The translations under genes and the position numbers were made by a program. A DNA stretch of 64,000 nucleotides. Origin: Epiperipatus broadwayi. Its lineage: Eukaryota > Animalia > Onychophora. The notes under the pieces were generated by a model. That model saw only the letters and a program-made list of their open reading frames with translations, had not been told where the DNA came from and ran no database searches. Of this stretch, positions 52,228 to 64,000 are shown in pieces. The DNA is taken from NCBI GenBank assembly GCA_028023455.1, contig JAQFVV010000002.1:5580001-5644000 (forward strand). Direction: 5' to 3'. Each line of letters starts with the position of its first letter. Within the stretch, counting starts at the first letter, position 1.

Positions 52228-55200
52228 AATATTCATATTGAAATGGAAACCTTCCAATCCCTTTCCGCTTCACCATCAACCTAATGGCCTACTCGTCTGA
52301 ACTAGTTTTGAACTTATTTTAAATGTAAAAATGTGATATATAAGTCAAGCAGTAAAATTTACTATCATGGCCGCCCGAATTGCGTCATCCATTTACATAT
52401 GAAAGTACCCTATAATTAGACAGGATTTATAAAATTATAACGTAGAAATGCTCATAATTTATTATAAAATGTTTTATTACTTTATAAGTCAATTCTAAAT
52501 TTTATATTTATATTATATTCGTATGTGGATGGATAATTTAAACCATGAAATTATGGCATAATGATTTGTACATATATTTAATATTAAATAAAAATAATGT
52601 AAAATCTTTTCTTTAAAATATATTTACGGTTTTCTGAATTAATGTTTTATAGATATAACTGAAACTAAAGTATTTTTTATAAGATCTGTCAAATTTGCTT
52701 TTTTTAAAATAAACAATATAAAGAAAATATGTTAAAAGTTATTTATATCAAGTTAAAATAAAAGTTATCGGTTTATAATTAAAAATGGGAATTTTGTGTA
52801 AACAAGAAATCAATTAGTGACTGCACCTGGGATAAAAGTAAAATCTAGTTTACTGATGGAATTTGTTTGCAACAAAAGACTTTATCATGAAATCAGAATA
52901 CCGTTACTATCTGCTAAGCCTCAAAAATCTATAACACCTAAAAAAGGAATTTAATTAAAAAAATCGGAATCAAAATTATATAATATATGTATTTTAATTA
53001 AATGAAATATAACATCTCAGAGACTTTATCAGTAGAAAAAAATCAGATTATATGATTTTGTTTAATTAAAAGTCAATTGGTCCTGAGGCAAACGAAATTC
53101 CAAAAAGGTGTTAAGGCTTGGTGGAAATATATAAATAGGCTTTATTTTAAGCGGGAAAGGATACTCCATCTTGCTTTTGAAGAGCTATTACTATCCAAGC
53201 TGAAAATTGTTTAATTTTACCATGTCCTGCGTTGCCCTAACAAGCTTATAACAAATAGAAGATGCTATTAGGCCACTAAAAGAACTCACTTTCATTCCAA
53301 TTCAACTACCCCAGTCCAGCTATAGAAATACCATCTTAAATCATCTCCCAATTAAATAGAAGATGCCATAAACTGTTAAAAAGAACTCACCATTCCAGCT
53401 CGAGTATCTCCAGTCCAGCTATAGGAGGACCGTTTTGAACATTAATTAAAATTGCAGAGCTCTGTGTGAAATCCAAAATGATCATTATTTCTTTAAAATA
53501 CAGGTTAGCTCACTATATTAATGTAAACTCTATCTAAATTGTCTTTTTTTGTAATATATGAATTCTATAAATGATATACTTTGCTAATCTCCTTTATTAA
53601 CTTAATGTTTTGCTATATAACTTAATCACTGCAGTATATTTACTTTTCTTTTGCTTATTTTAATTATTATTAATTATGCCTATGTTTCGAAACAGCGTGC
53701 ATTTAATTACAGAATGTTTTTTTTTTAAAGATACAATTTAAAATCTTCATATTATTATTTATTATAGTGTCATTTTACACGCTGTTTCGAACCCCTACTT
53801 TATGAATAATGCCGACCCTTTGTGCTCGTTGTTATTTTGTCATTTGTAAATTAATTAATGTAAATATAAAATGTGGCTTCTAAATCTAAAATTTTCAACC
53901 TTTAATTATTATGTTACTAAAGATTAAATTAGCCTGGAGTGTAATCATAAGTATATTTTTCTTATTAAAGTATTTGTAAGTCCCTTAAATATACTTTCCT
54001 CCTTTTAGTTTATTAGTTATAGGTAACTGAACAGATTGAACGGGATAAAGTAAAATTTGTATATACAACTGGGTCTCTTTTTACGCGGACCTATTTAACA
54101 CGATTTTGAAGTTAAGCAATTCATGTTTCGTCAAACTCCGATAATGCGCTATTACTTTAAATAATAAATTTTGCGCACTTACATTATATTGAAAGTAATA
54201 GCACATTATTGGAACTCGACTTTCATCTTAGTAATTTGAATATTTTCAGTGCTTTATAATAGTAAGATTTTATGCAATAATGAAATTAAAATCATGATTT
54301 CCACATTTTATGTATACACACATTAAATTTTACAAGATTATAATGTAAATTTGTTCAAACATTGTGCGTGTTAATTTTGCATTTTAAATCACATCCTGTT
54401 TTTGCTTTTTAAAAAATAACGTAATCAATTATTAATCATTTAGTGTCCACAAGTTTATTTTTAAAAGGTGCGTAATAGCAGTGGGCACAATTAAATTTGA
54501 CAATTAAAATCTGATTTTTAATTGTAATTAACAATTTAAAAATTACTTATGGCGACTTGAAATTAATGTGATGTAAAACGAAATTTGATTTTTAAACGAA
54601 ATTGAAAATTAAAAAATTAAAGACAAAAATAAGAATTTAATTTTTAGTTGTTAGTTTTAATTAAATTTTTCCCAGCAGTGGTGAATAAATGTCTTTTTAT
54701 TATCATAAGTCTAAGTTCATAAACAATTAATAAAATCGTCTCTAAGATTAATTACTAATTACGTTGTCAACAGAAAACCATTAACACAACATGAGAGTGA
54801 ACTTGGCGCTAGTTGTATTTCCTCTTGTGAGAATCTGATTTTTTACAAGTTTGCAAATGAACGTGTTTTTTGGCAAATAGCGATAATAATTAAAATGTGT
54901 ATAAAAATGTAAATTACTGTACTGTAAATTATGCATAAAAATATATTATTTTGAATAAAATTAAATATTATAGTTAAAAAAAGTTTGTCTTGTATCAATT
55001 TTTTTCAAATTTGAAATTTTTTATTAGTCATATTTTATTTCCTTATTTTTTTTGCGCGCGAATTTTAAAGTAATTTTATGTTGGTGCTTTGCTTTTACGC
55101 AAATTTTGAAAAATTACAGACCACATCCCCCCTTTTTCAATGTAAGTTACATCTATTTTTGCGTGATTTCGTTTGCGCGTGTTTTCTGAGGAACCTATCT

Positions 55201-56010
55201 ATCGCATAAAACAAGACCCAGGTGTATATATATTCCAGTCAGTAGATATACATATTTCCCATGCTACAGAAGAGTTGGCTCTTTTGATCAATCTGATAAA
55301 CTAGTGTTCACATGTGGTATAGTATTTAATTTATAATATACTTCGGGTCGGCACTTGGGAAATTTATTAATATTTTATCGTTGTGCTGTTTTTTTTATAT
55401 ATAAGATAGAGCCACGGTAAGTCAAGCCCATCTTTCTCTCTTATGGGTAGTGCAGTAGCTAAGACTGAGCTAAGGGCCAGATTACCACAAAAGTCCCCCA
55501 CCCCCTATGAACCAAATAAAGGTTCCTTGTTGGCAGCATGATGACCGATTATTGTGTAAACCGGTGTTGGTCACGAAAACCCTAAAACTATTTATCCATC
55601 CGCAGAGCAACTTTATGATTATATATTACTTGTGCATAGCATATTAGTAAAATCTCTATAGCCAACTCTACCTCCCTAATATGCAGTCTTCGGCATTGAA
55701 CTGAAGCATTCTTGAAAACCCGTTTGATCTAAAGCTATCTGGGATGCTTTATATGCCCATATTTAATATATGAATTTGTCATAATCAGATGTATTATTAA
55801 GCTCCAGACTTTGTTTGATTACATGTATAATAGCCACTCGAACTGATGATGAAAGGCATAACTAATAAGTGGAATGTAATGATTTATTATATAGCATAAT
55901 ATTTAGCTTCATCTAATTTGAGTCACAAATTTATTTAACCCAAATATCAATTATTGTTTGTACAATTGCCTAGAGTAATGTTATTTAAAAATAAAATGCC
56001 TGCATGCATC
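52228..56010 (-). repeat. Right arm of the inverted duplication, interrupted by MITE copy 2
   Basis: Same blocks as the left arm in reverse order and orientation; the extra ~1.16 kb is the TA-flanked MITE at 54066-55224. Confidence 0.82.
54066..55224. mobile_element. pogo/Tigger-like MITE, copy 2 (1,159 bp) with TA target duplication
   Basis: TA|CAACTGGGTCTCTTTTTACGCG ... CGCATAAAACAAGACCCAGGTG|TA: 22-bp TIRs matching at 18/22. The flanks rejoin to match the left arm at ~48075-48090. Confidence 0.88.
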
Positions 56011-56289
56011 ATCCAACACTAAGTAATGGGTTATATCAAAATATATATGAAATTGTCAATAAATATATTTTATAATTCATCATACATCAGTTTCTGTCTC
56101 ATTTTTAAATCAATCCAATTCACTAATTGACCATAGCTATTCATTAGTAAAGCCCCTATTAATTAAATATATTAGATTTTATCTTTGGAATGTCTCTAGT
56201 ATTTAAATTGTTTATATATATGTTTAAGTCCATGAGACTTATTGTTTTCGCCGTATGCTAGCGGACCGAATTAAGAATTAATTCTCATG

Positions 56290-56500
56290 TGCCATCCTTG
56301 TTATGTTGTCCATTAGGTGTTTGATCTGGGGCTTGGAGTGTTCGAATCCAGGCTGGTCCCTGACTTAAATCTCGGGTTTGACTTGGTCTGAAGTACATTT
56401 TGTGAGTTCCAGCTCGTGTTAGATGGATAAACATTTTCTGACCGGTACAAGATGTAAATTGTTGTTTTATTGAAATAACAATAATTGTTTTATGCATGAT
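56290..56500 (+). mobile_element. Possible tRNA-derived SINE head
   Basis: B-box-like GTTCGAATCC at 56340-56349 in a GC-richer 5' segment. The A box is poor, there is no cloverleaf and no TSD was found. Confidence 0.35.
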
Positions 56501-57446
56501 TTGTAATTCATTAAGATGAAAATATTGAATACAAATAAAAAGTTTTAAATACTTATTGTACTTGCATTATTATTAAGTGGTGCTTATCATACTATTAAAA
56601 ACAATCTTAATTAGATTTTACCTATCTATTTAAAGTATAGTCTTGTTAACAAGTCATTACATGCTTATATTCCTGCTGGTGCATAATGGAATTTCAGAGA
56701 ATGAAAACATGCCCAACTGCAAATATTTCCTTGACCCATTGGCAGATTTGACCAGTAATCAGTAATGACTTTCATTTTCTATGTTAATTGAAAAATAAAA
56801 TAATCACTATGACTTTAACTCTATGCTACTTAACAAGTAAAAATGTATGAATAGTTTTTCCAAATTATCTTTTTTTTATCTTTATACTTTGATCACTCCA
56901 TTTTGCTCAATGCCCCCTCCCAATCATATCTGAGAATTTTACTATCTCTTTGAATGGTTGAAGCAATCCCTCAGTGGTAATAATACCCACTTAGGGAGGC
57001 ACTAATTTAGACAATACTAAAAAAATGCAATAAAACACATAGCATCAACATCTCTACAGAATTTAATAAAACCCACAAAAAAATAACAGTAAAATTCAAA
57101 GATCTTAAATAAACACGCAGTATAAAACAATACAATAAATAGAGAACAAATATGATTCATTTCAAACACCAAAGTACTAAATCACAAATCAAAAACACTA
57201 TTTAGCAAAACATTGTAAAAAAAAAATAATTAAATCCTAAAAAATGAAAATAAGTAAAGTTGATTTTATATAGACCAAAGAGGTAAATGAAGATAATGAA
57301 ATCAATTCTGTGATATACATAATATTGTATGGTCGAAATTGTATGTTAAGTCAACACGATTCAGAGTCTGGGAAAAAGTACTCAAATCCAACCATATGCG
57401 AGATCAAAGATCAAGAATATTTATGGATTCTAACCTGTTTACTCAC

Positions 57447-57507
57447 CCTTTAAATCTAAACAACACTTTCGAGGCAAGCAATTAATCTTTTCCAAATTAC
57501 GACCCAT
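57447..57507 (-). CDS. Candidate alternative first coding exon (MGRNLEKINCLPRKCCLDLK-G, phase 1), same strand as the PDE gene
   Basis: An open frame runs from ATG at 57507 to a consensus donor AAGG|GTGAGT, in a locally CpG-retaining region with TGACTCA and TCAGT-like motifs upstream. No homology support. Confidence 0.3.
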
Positions 57508-58193
57508 AGTGTCAGTGGTGGAACATGAGCCTCAGGGATTAACATTTAACACTGACATTTACCCTAATTATGCGTGGGCATGATTTGCTGAAGGAGAGGT
57601 GTGTGTCTTTGAGTCATCAGATAGCAGCACAATATAGAGATATAAACGCGAACTTCAAAGAAAAATTAATTAACACGAACCATAGGTAGTTTAAATTTAT
57701 ATTTGTATATATGATTTTAATAACACACATATTTATTAATCTTTAATATCTCGCTATCTCACTTCATTGCTCACTTATAGACATTTTTAATAATATAAAC
57801 CAACATATGCCTCTCACACGGGTAGCGATATATTTTGTATGCCAATTTACAGCAGGTGTGTTTAAAGTTCTTTGGTAGACACCAATTCAAATAAACGGGG
57901 GGGGGGGGAATTATAAAATTAACTTTTTAAATAGTTTTAACATGAATAATTTTGCATATAAACCATAATATATCCCATAAATTGGCCACATCTTTACCTC
58001 TGATCAACCCAATAAATTTATTATATTTTTGAAAAAATGGTCTTGAGGAGAGTGACATCAGCGGATCGTGATAATCACAAATAAACTATGTTAATAATAA
58101 CAACAAAAACAAATAATTTAGTTTGATCAAACCATAGTCAACCTGCCACAATATGCTTGGAGAAGCAAACAAAAATAATATAATTATATGCAG

Positions 58194-58265
58194 CATCCGA
58201 AATAACAACCAACATAATCGAGAGACGAATGGGTTGCCCAATCTGCAAAACCACAAATATTTCAG
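58194..58265 (+). CDS. Candidate 72-nt symmetric (phase 1-1) exon on the opposite strand: (A)SEITTNIIERRMGCPICKTTNIS(G)
   Basis: ttatatgcag|...ATTTCAG|gtaaga; open frame with a CxxC; CpG-retaining. No partner exons were identified. Confidence 0.22.
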
Positions 58266-60407
58266 GTAAGAGACCAAGAATCATCAAGGCTTGCTAAGCT
58301 TAGTTTACCTAGAGTCTTCCCATTTCGTCTTTCATCTCCTGAGCTACATTTTTATCCAGTGAATCTTTCATGTGGTATAATTATAAAACAGTAATCAAAG
58401 AACATGGCAAAACTGATCAAGTGGAACGCTAGAGATGTCAAATCAAATACTAGAAAACAGCACTTCTTAAAATTACCTTAATCAAACTTATGCCGAGCCA
58501 CATAAGGTTGTGTTTATATAGTAACAAATTGATCAAGATCAGATCACAACAAATAAACCACAACTATTATTCGAATATCATACTTTTGTTTAAGGCGATG
58601 TGTCTCTCCACTCTAAATGAAATCCCCCAACATTTTAGATTTAATAGTAATAAATTTTCTCTTATGATTTAGCATGGATAAGTTTCCATCCTCCTCCTTT
58701 TCTGATATTTTAAAATTGAATATAATCTAGTCCCGAGCTACATATCCGACATGGTGTATCCACAATTTAATCGTTTTTATTCTTTCTTTTCTTTTCTTGG
58801 AGCTTAGGTAACAATCCTGTGCCTGAATATGTTTTTGGAATAACAATAAAAAAAATAAAAATAGAACAAAATAGTTTCATCTCGACAAAAACGGTAATCT
58901 AATTAAATAATCATTAAGAATGAACATGTAATTTATTAACTGTCAATCAGTGGTCAGGAAATAAGTATAAAATCATTTTAAGTAATAACACCAAAAGGGC
59001 AAGGCAAGTATAAATTTGTCAAGATGGAACCAAACTGGCACACAAATATATTTTTAAATCACATTGTAATAAACCTAGACAATATTTATATATCTATAGG
59101 AATGTGGTAAGATCAATCATAGGCCGCGTAATGAGAAAGTTTTGATTTTAAGATAGGTATATGTTAGGACAGATAAACATATAGCAAAGATATTAAAGTT
59201 AATTACAGGAAGTCAAGATTACAAAGTTTAGTTCACGGAGCAATTATATATATATATATATTTAGGTAGAATCACATTTAGAAAACATTTTCTCGATATA
59301 TCAATTAACTATAAAGTCAACTGGAAATGGAAAAGTAAATTAGAAGATTATAAATATAAAACAATTTAAAGTCATTACCTAATTTATTAGCAGTCCAAAC
59401 TTGAAACCTAGGTCCCAAGATGTAACAATAATTTAATGGTGTTTTTTATTATTTTGGTATAGGAATAGCTAGCTATTGAGTTCTACTTCAGGCAATCCAA
59501 AAACATTTTATCAAAATTTTCCAGCTTCATGGTCTTTTTACAATCATATCCAGAGAAAACGGAGACCAAGCAAGTCGGATCCTGCCCACCCCACAATCTT
59601 ATTTTCACATTTATCTTTTAAAATAAACTGACGTGGGTTTACCATACTGCTTCTCCGAAAGAAAAAATGGCATCTATTTTAAGCTTAACATAGGCTTGAA
59701 GAATTATTTCTTTAAAATATTTCTTCTACGATTTGATTTGATTACAATTTTGTTTCCACTTTGCTAATGGATTTTCTTTTGTTTAACTAAGGAATATGAC
59801 TAGGGGGCATCGCAAAAGTGAATCTCCCCAATAAATACTCTGACATAAATAAAATGAGATTAAAAAAAAAAAATGTAACTTTAAAATTTATTTCTTGCTT
59901 CTCATAAAAGTTTCAATCTATAATTATATATATATATGTATCAGTGCATATATTATATGTGTGTGTGTGTACATCTAAAATTTATAACCGAAGTTTTAAA
60001 GAGAAAATTCATGATTTTACTGATATTAATTCATCTGAGGGTTCAATATGTACAAGAGGGTAGACAGAAAGTTTTATTATAATAAAAAAAATGTGGATCA
60101 GGTTCAATCTTAGATTAGAACATAGAAGGAACATGAAACATGGATCTGACCTACAGATTCATTGCTTCAGTATGTATAATCCACTGATCACAAATAGTAA
60201 AAAAAATATGAAATTAATCCCAATTAAACATCAGTTCAATTATGAATTTAATAATTTGAATAAATATTCTGATTCTAAAAATACCTATCATTAAAAAGTA
60301 ATTTGCATTTCTATTTAATAGATCCAATCAAGAATGTTAATAGAAGACATAATTAATTTTTCAATTAAGTTATAACAAAATATTTACCAATGTTCAATTC
60401 ATAAAGC

Positions 60408-60515
60408 TTAATTAATTAGATAAATTATACAGATGTATACTTTCATAAAATTTAATAGTATTAATTAATTAGATAAATTATACAGATGTATACTTTCATA
60501 AAATTTAATAGTATT
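60408..60515. repeat. Perfect 53-bp tandem duplication
   Basis: ttaattaattagataaattatacagatgtatactttcataaaatttaatagta starts at 60408 and 60461. Confidence 0.95.
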
Positions 60516-62109
60516 TCACAATAGTTGCAAAGCAGAATGACTCATCACTTAAGAGAATTATCTCTCCCTCCATTCTTATAAAACCTCACACAATATTACA
60601 GCTTTAGCACAAGTCACTTTATAATAATGTCATAATTTACTATTTTATTAATAGAATTAAGCAAACATCCATAAATACAATTTAAAAATCAAAGAAAAAA
60701 CAATATTAGGGCAAATTAACTCAGGCAACAATCTATTCAACAATATTTTGTGCAATCCAATTTATGTAAATATATAAATATATTTGTGTAATACATATAC
60801 ATAAACAAATGATTATACTTGCAAAGTGATATAATACAGAAAACATTTTTATAAAACCTATTTTTTTAAAAAAACAACAACATATTTTTAATAGTATTTA
60901 AAATAATGATAGATGTGATTAACAATTTTATAATAAATAAAATATCATTTAATAAAAAACTAGAGAAAGAAATGGTAATAAATAAAAGAAAATAAACCCT
61001 TTATTAGTTTTTTTGTAAAAAATGCAGAACAAAAAATTAAATTAACTTTGCTGCTAAAATAATATATTATAAAAAAAATTTTCATTAATAAAGATATTCT
61101 AACTGGAAAAGATTATTAGTAATTATTATTCTAATTATAGTTTTTGATACTTTCTACATAAATATAATTGCAATAAATCGAACATTTTTAATTAGAACAT
61201 TTATGTCAAAAAGATCTGCATAATGAAAAATATTTAAAGGTTTTCATTAAAACCTAAGCCATTGTTTAATATGCATATACATGCACAAAAATTCTTTATG
61301 TAATACATAATATAATTGCTATTTTTACCTTGCAGAATTGCATATTAATACTATTATGAATGAGAATACATAAGTATCCTTTTTTAGCTCTTTATTTAAC
61401 TAAAATATAAGTTGCTATAAGTTAAATGCTGTGCTCAAGCTACTGATGGGCTCCTCAAGTAGCAGAAAACTGTGAATAACAAATAAATAATGATCGACCA
61501 ACAGTATTTCCTGTTGGTTTATAGGATAGAATGTTCATTCATTAAATTGTAGATAGGTATTATTTCTGATACAAACAGTTATTTTTGTCTCTGTCTTCTT
61601 TTTCTTATTGCCTTCAATTACTTAAGTACAGAAACTGCTTATTATGAACTTCTCATACCATCAGTCATCTCTCTATATTAATTGTGGTAATGGGATTGTA
61701 TATTGTGCAATCACATTTCCATTTTTTAATATTTCACATGTCAATTCTGACACCTAATTTTTTTTCTTCCTTTAACTGAACCCTTCGAGAATTAAAAAAG
61801 GTAATGATACAGGTTTAGTAAATTGATAGTTCTTCTGATCATTACTAGATGTGATACAACCTATAATACATTGGGCTGGAACTGAATTTAAAACAATAAG
61901 TTCAGCTGTGCAAAGATTGTATGATTAGGCATCTCTTTTAGAGAGATTCATGCCTATCATGGAAGTGGAAGGAATATAGAACAAGTGATTTAAATATAGC
62001 CTGTTTTATTCAGTCTAGTTAGATTGTCTAATGCCTGGCATATTATTCATTACGGTAATAAAAATAAGCAAATGGCAGTTTAAAGTAATATCAATCTAAA
62101 TTTTTTTCA

Positions 62110-64000
62110 TTGCAGGTACATTTAATGTGTCAATTTTATTTAAGATCTCATCAGGAGCTAGCACTGATGGTTAAGAAATTGGTAAGATTTAAGATCAATA
62201 TAACTGCTCTTAGTGAAAATCATCTCCCTGAGGAAAAACATTTAATAAAATTAAAAGAGAGCTATCTATTTTTTTTAAAGACAGATCAGACGATGAAAGG
62301 AGACAACAAAGTCTAATTAAATATCATTTATTCTTGGAATTCCTTGATGTATCTATGAAAAGCTAATAATGTTAAAATTTGATTTGCACAATAACTCCTG
62401 TGGGCATTCTACCAGTGCTTATGCTCCAATATTTGATTAAGAGAATTCAGACAAAAAGCTTTTATTCCTTATTTGAGCAATACCATTAAAAGATCAATTT
62501 TTTCTTGTTAGAATTTTAATGCACATTTTAGCACAAATTGTAGACTTTGGCTAAAAATTATTGAAAATAATGGTATTGGTATTGTAAACTCAAATGGCCT
62601 ACTGTCATTGAATGTTTGCTTAACATATGGATTGACTATCACAAACACTTTGTTTAGGCAAAACATTTGCACACTTAAAATAATAGCACTTAATAGATTG
62701 CATTGTTGTTAAGAATCGGAATACAAGAAAATTGATATTATACACATATTTATAAGTGCAGATGATTGGAGGAATCTTATTCTAATCACATTCTGTAGAA
62801 AACTGAGATTTTGTCTTTAGAAGTATCTGCTATTCATATTAAATTTCAACAGCTATTAATCTCTAAAATTGCTATTGTGTACTTTCATGATTGTCATATT
62901 AAAAAAGCATGGAATTTTTTAAAGAATATGTTATGAATACAAACAAATCTATCCATTCTTGGGTTCACTGAAAAAATGCATTTGATTAAATTAAAAGGAA
63001 CATACATTATTTTTTGCTTGGCAGAACAAGAAATTGAATGTAAAGCTTCATATTAAAGAGAGTTTTAAAAGCCAAAGTTGAATAACTGAAAAATATCATA
63101 AAAATGATTGATGGATTAAACATCAAAAGAAATATATATTTTCTGATTGTTGTCATATTACAACTTTATTTGATGCAATGAAAGCATCATGTGGATCTGA
63201 AAAATAACATTATAATCACATTAACTTGAACAATGACAGTATTTTATATGAAGACAATGATATTTCAAACAGATCAAAAGAGCATTTTGATTTCCTTTTG
63301 AATAATTATTCAAGAATTGAAACAATGATTTTTAACAATATAGTTATTTTATCACTTCATTTAAATTTGGACTGCAGATTCTGATGAGATACCAGGAGAA
63401 ATTTTAAAATATGCTGATAATATATAAAAAATATTGACATTTTTTAGGAATTTCTAATTTAAGGAATGTTCTATTGTTCTTATTTTTAAAAATAAAAGGA
63501 ACAGACAAAATTGTTATAATTATCATAAATATCATTATTACCCATTGCAATAAGATACTTCTAAAAATTTTGTAGACTGGTTATTTCTGATCATGGATGA
63601 ATGGTTATAAGAACCTCAATATGTTATTAGATAATCAAGAAACACAAAAGGTATAGTTTTACTGTCAAAAAATGTAAAAAAAGAAAGAATTGGAAACAAA
63701 GTAATTTATGTATAATTTTTATTGATTGTCAAGGCATTTGAATCAATTTATGGGAAATTAAAGTTAGTTGATTGGTTGTTCGCCAACAATTCATATTATC
63801 CAACTTCTTTATGATGGAATAAGAAAAAATATTAATATTATAGGATAAAAATCTGAAGGATTTGAAATGAAACAATGATATACACCTGCTTCAACATTGT
63901 TTTTGATTTTTCATGAATATGATCTTTGAAACTGTTTATATGCAGCTTAATGATTCAAAAAATATGATGCAATACAACTTTAATGGTGGAATTTTTAATT
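62110..64000 (+). mobile_element. Decayed RTE-clade LINE (APE endonuclease region onward), running off the window
   Basis: Collinear APE motifs: AGTFNV (~62112), KINITALSENHL (~62190-62226), SAYAP (62414-62428), NSNGLL (~62587), ITNTLF (~62637) and YSNHIL (~SDH, ~62780). Confidence 0.72.

Noticed and set aside
55842-55860. CTGATGATGAAAGGC hammerhead or box C-like motif
   Set aside because: No stem II between the core and GAAA, and no terminal stem or D box.
58380-58452. Minus-strand ttttctag|TATTTGATTTG (VFDL) as the missing upstream PDE exon
   Set aside because: The downstream peptide is not GAF-like and there is no suitable phase-2 donor.

Overview
Very AT-rich animal (invertebrate-type) genomic DNA, almost all intronic. 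Two small minus-strand exons (27646-27709, then 2289-2336) splice in frame to ...TPGGRFPINIGITGYVATTGE|TLNIPDAQKDDRFDPL..., the GAF-B domain of a PDE11-like cyclic-nucleotide phosphodiesterase, separated by a 25.3-kb intron. The introns are packed with nested transposable elements: two related decayed Ty3/Gypsy elements (~9.0-16.1 kb and ~29.3-38.3 kb, minus strand; the second has a tRNA-Lys1,2 PBS); a young 5'-truncated L1/Tx1-type LINE with a 16-bp TSD inside an older LINE; a young Penelope-like element (RT + GIY-YIG) with a fold-back 5' end; older Penelope and RTE relics; two copies of a pogo/Tigger-type MITE; a circularly permuted ~455-nt repeat family; a 331-bp tandem repeat; and an old ~2.7-kb inverted duplication. 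The best lead is a minimal type I hammerhead ribozyme at the Penelope 3' end whose core carries the compensatory U3:A8 pair instead of C3:G8, so canonical motif searches would miss it. All alignments and folds were read by eye. No CRISPR, rRNA or intact tRNA gene was seen.
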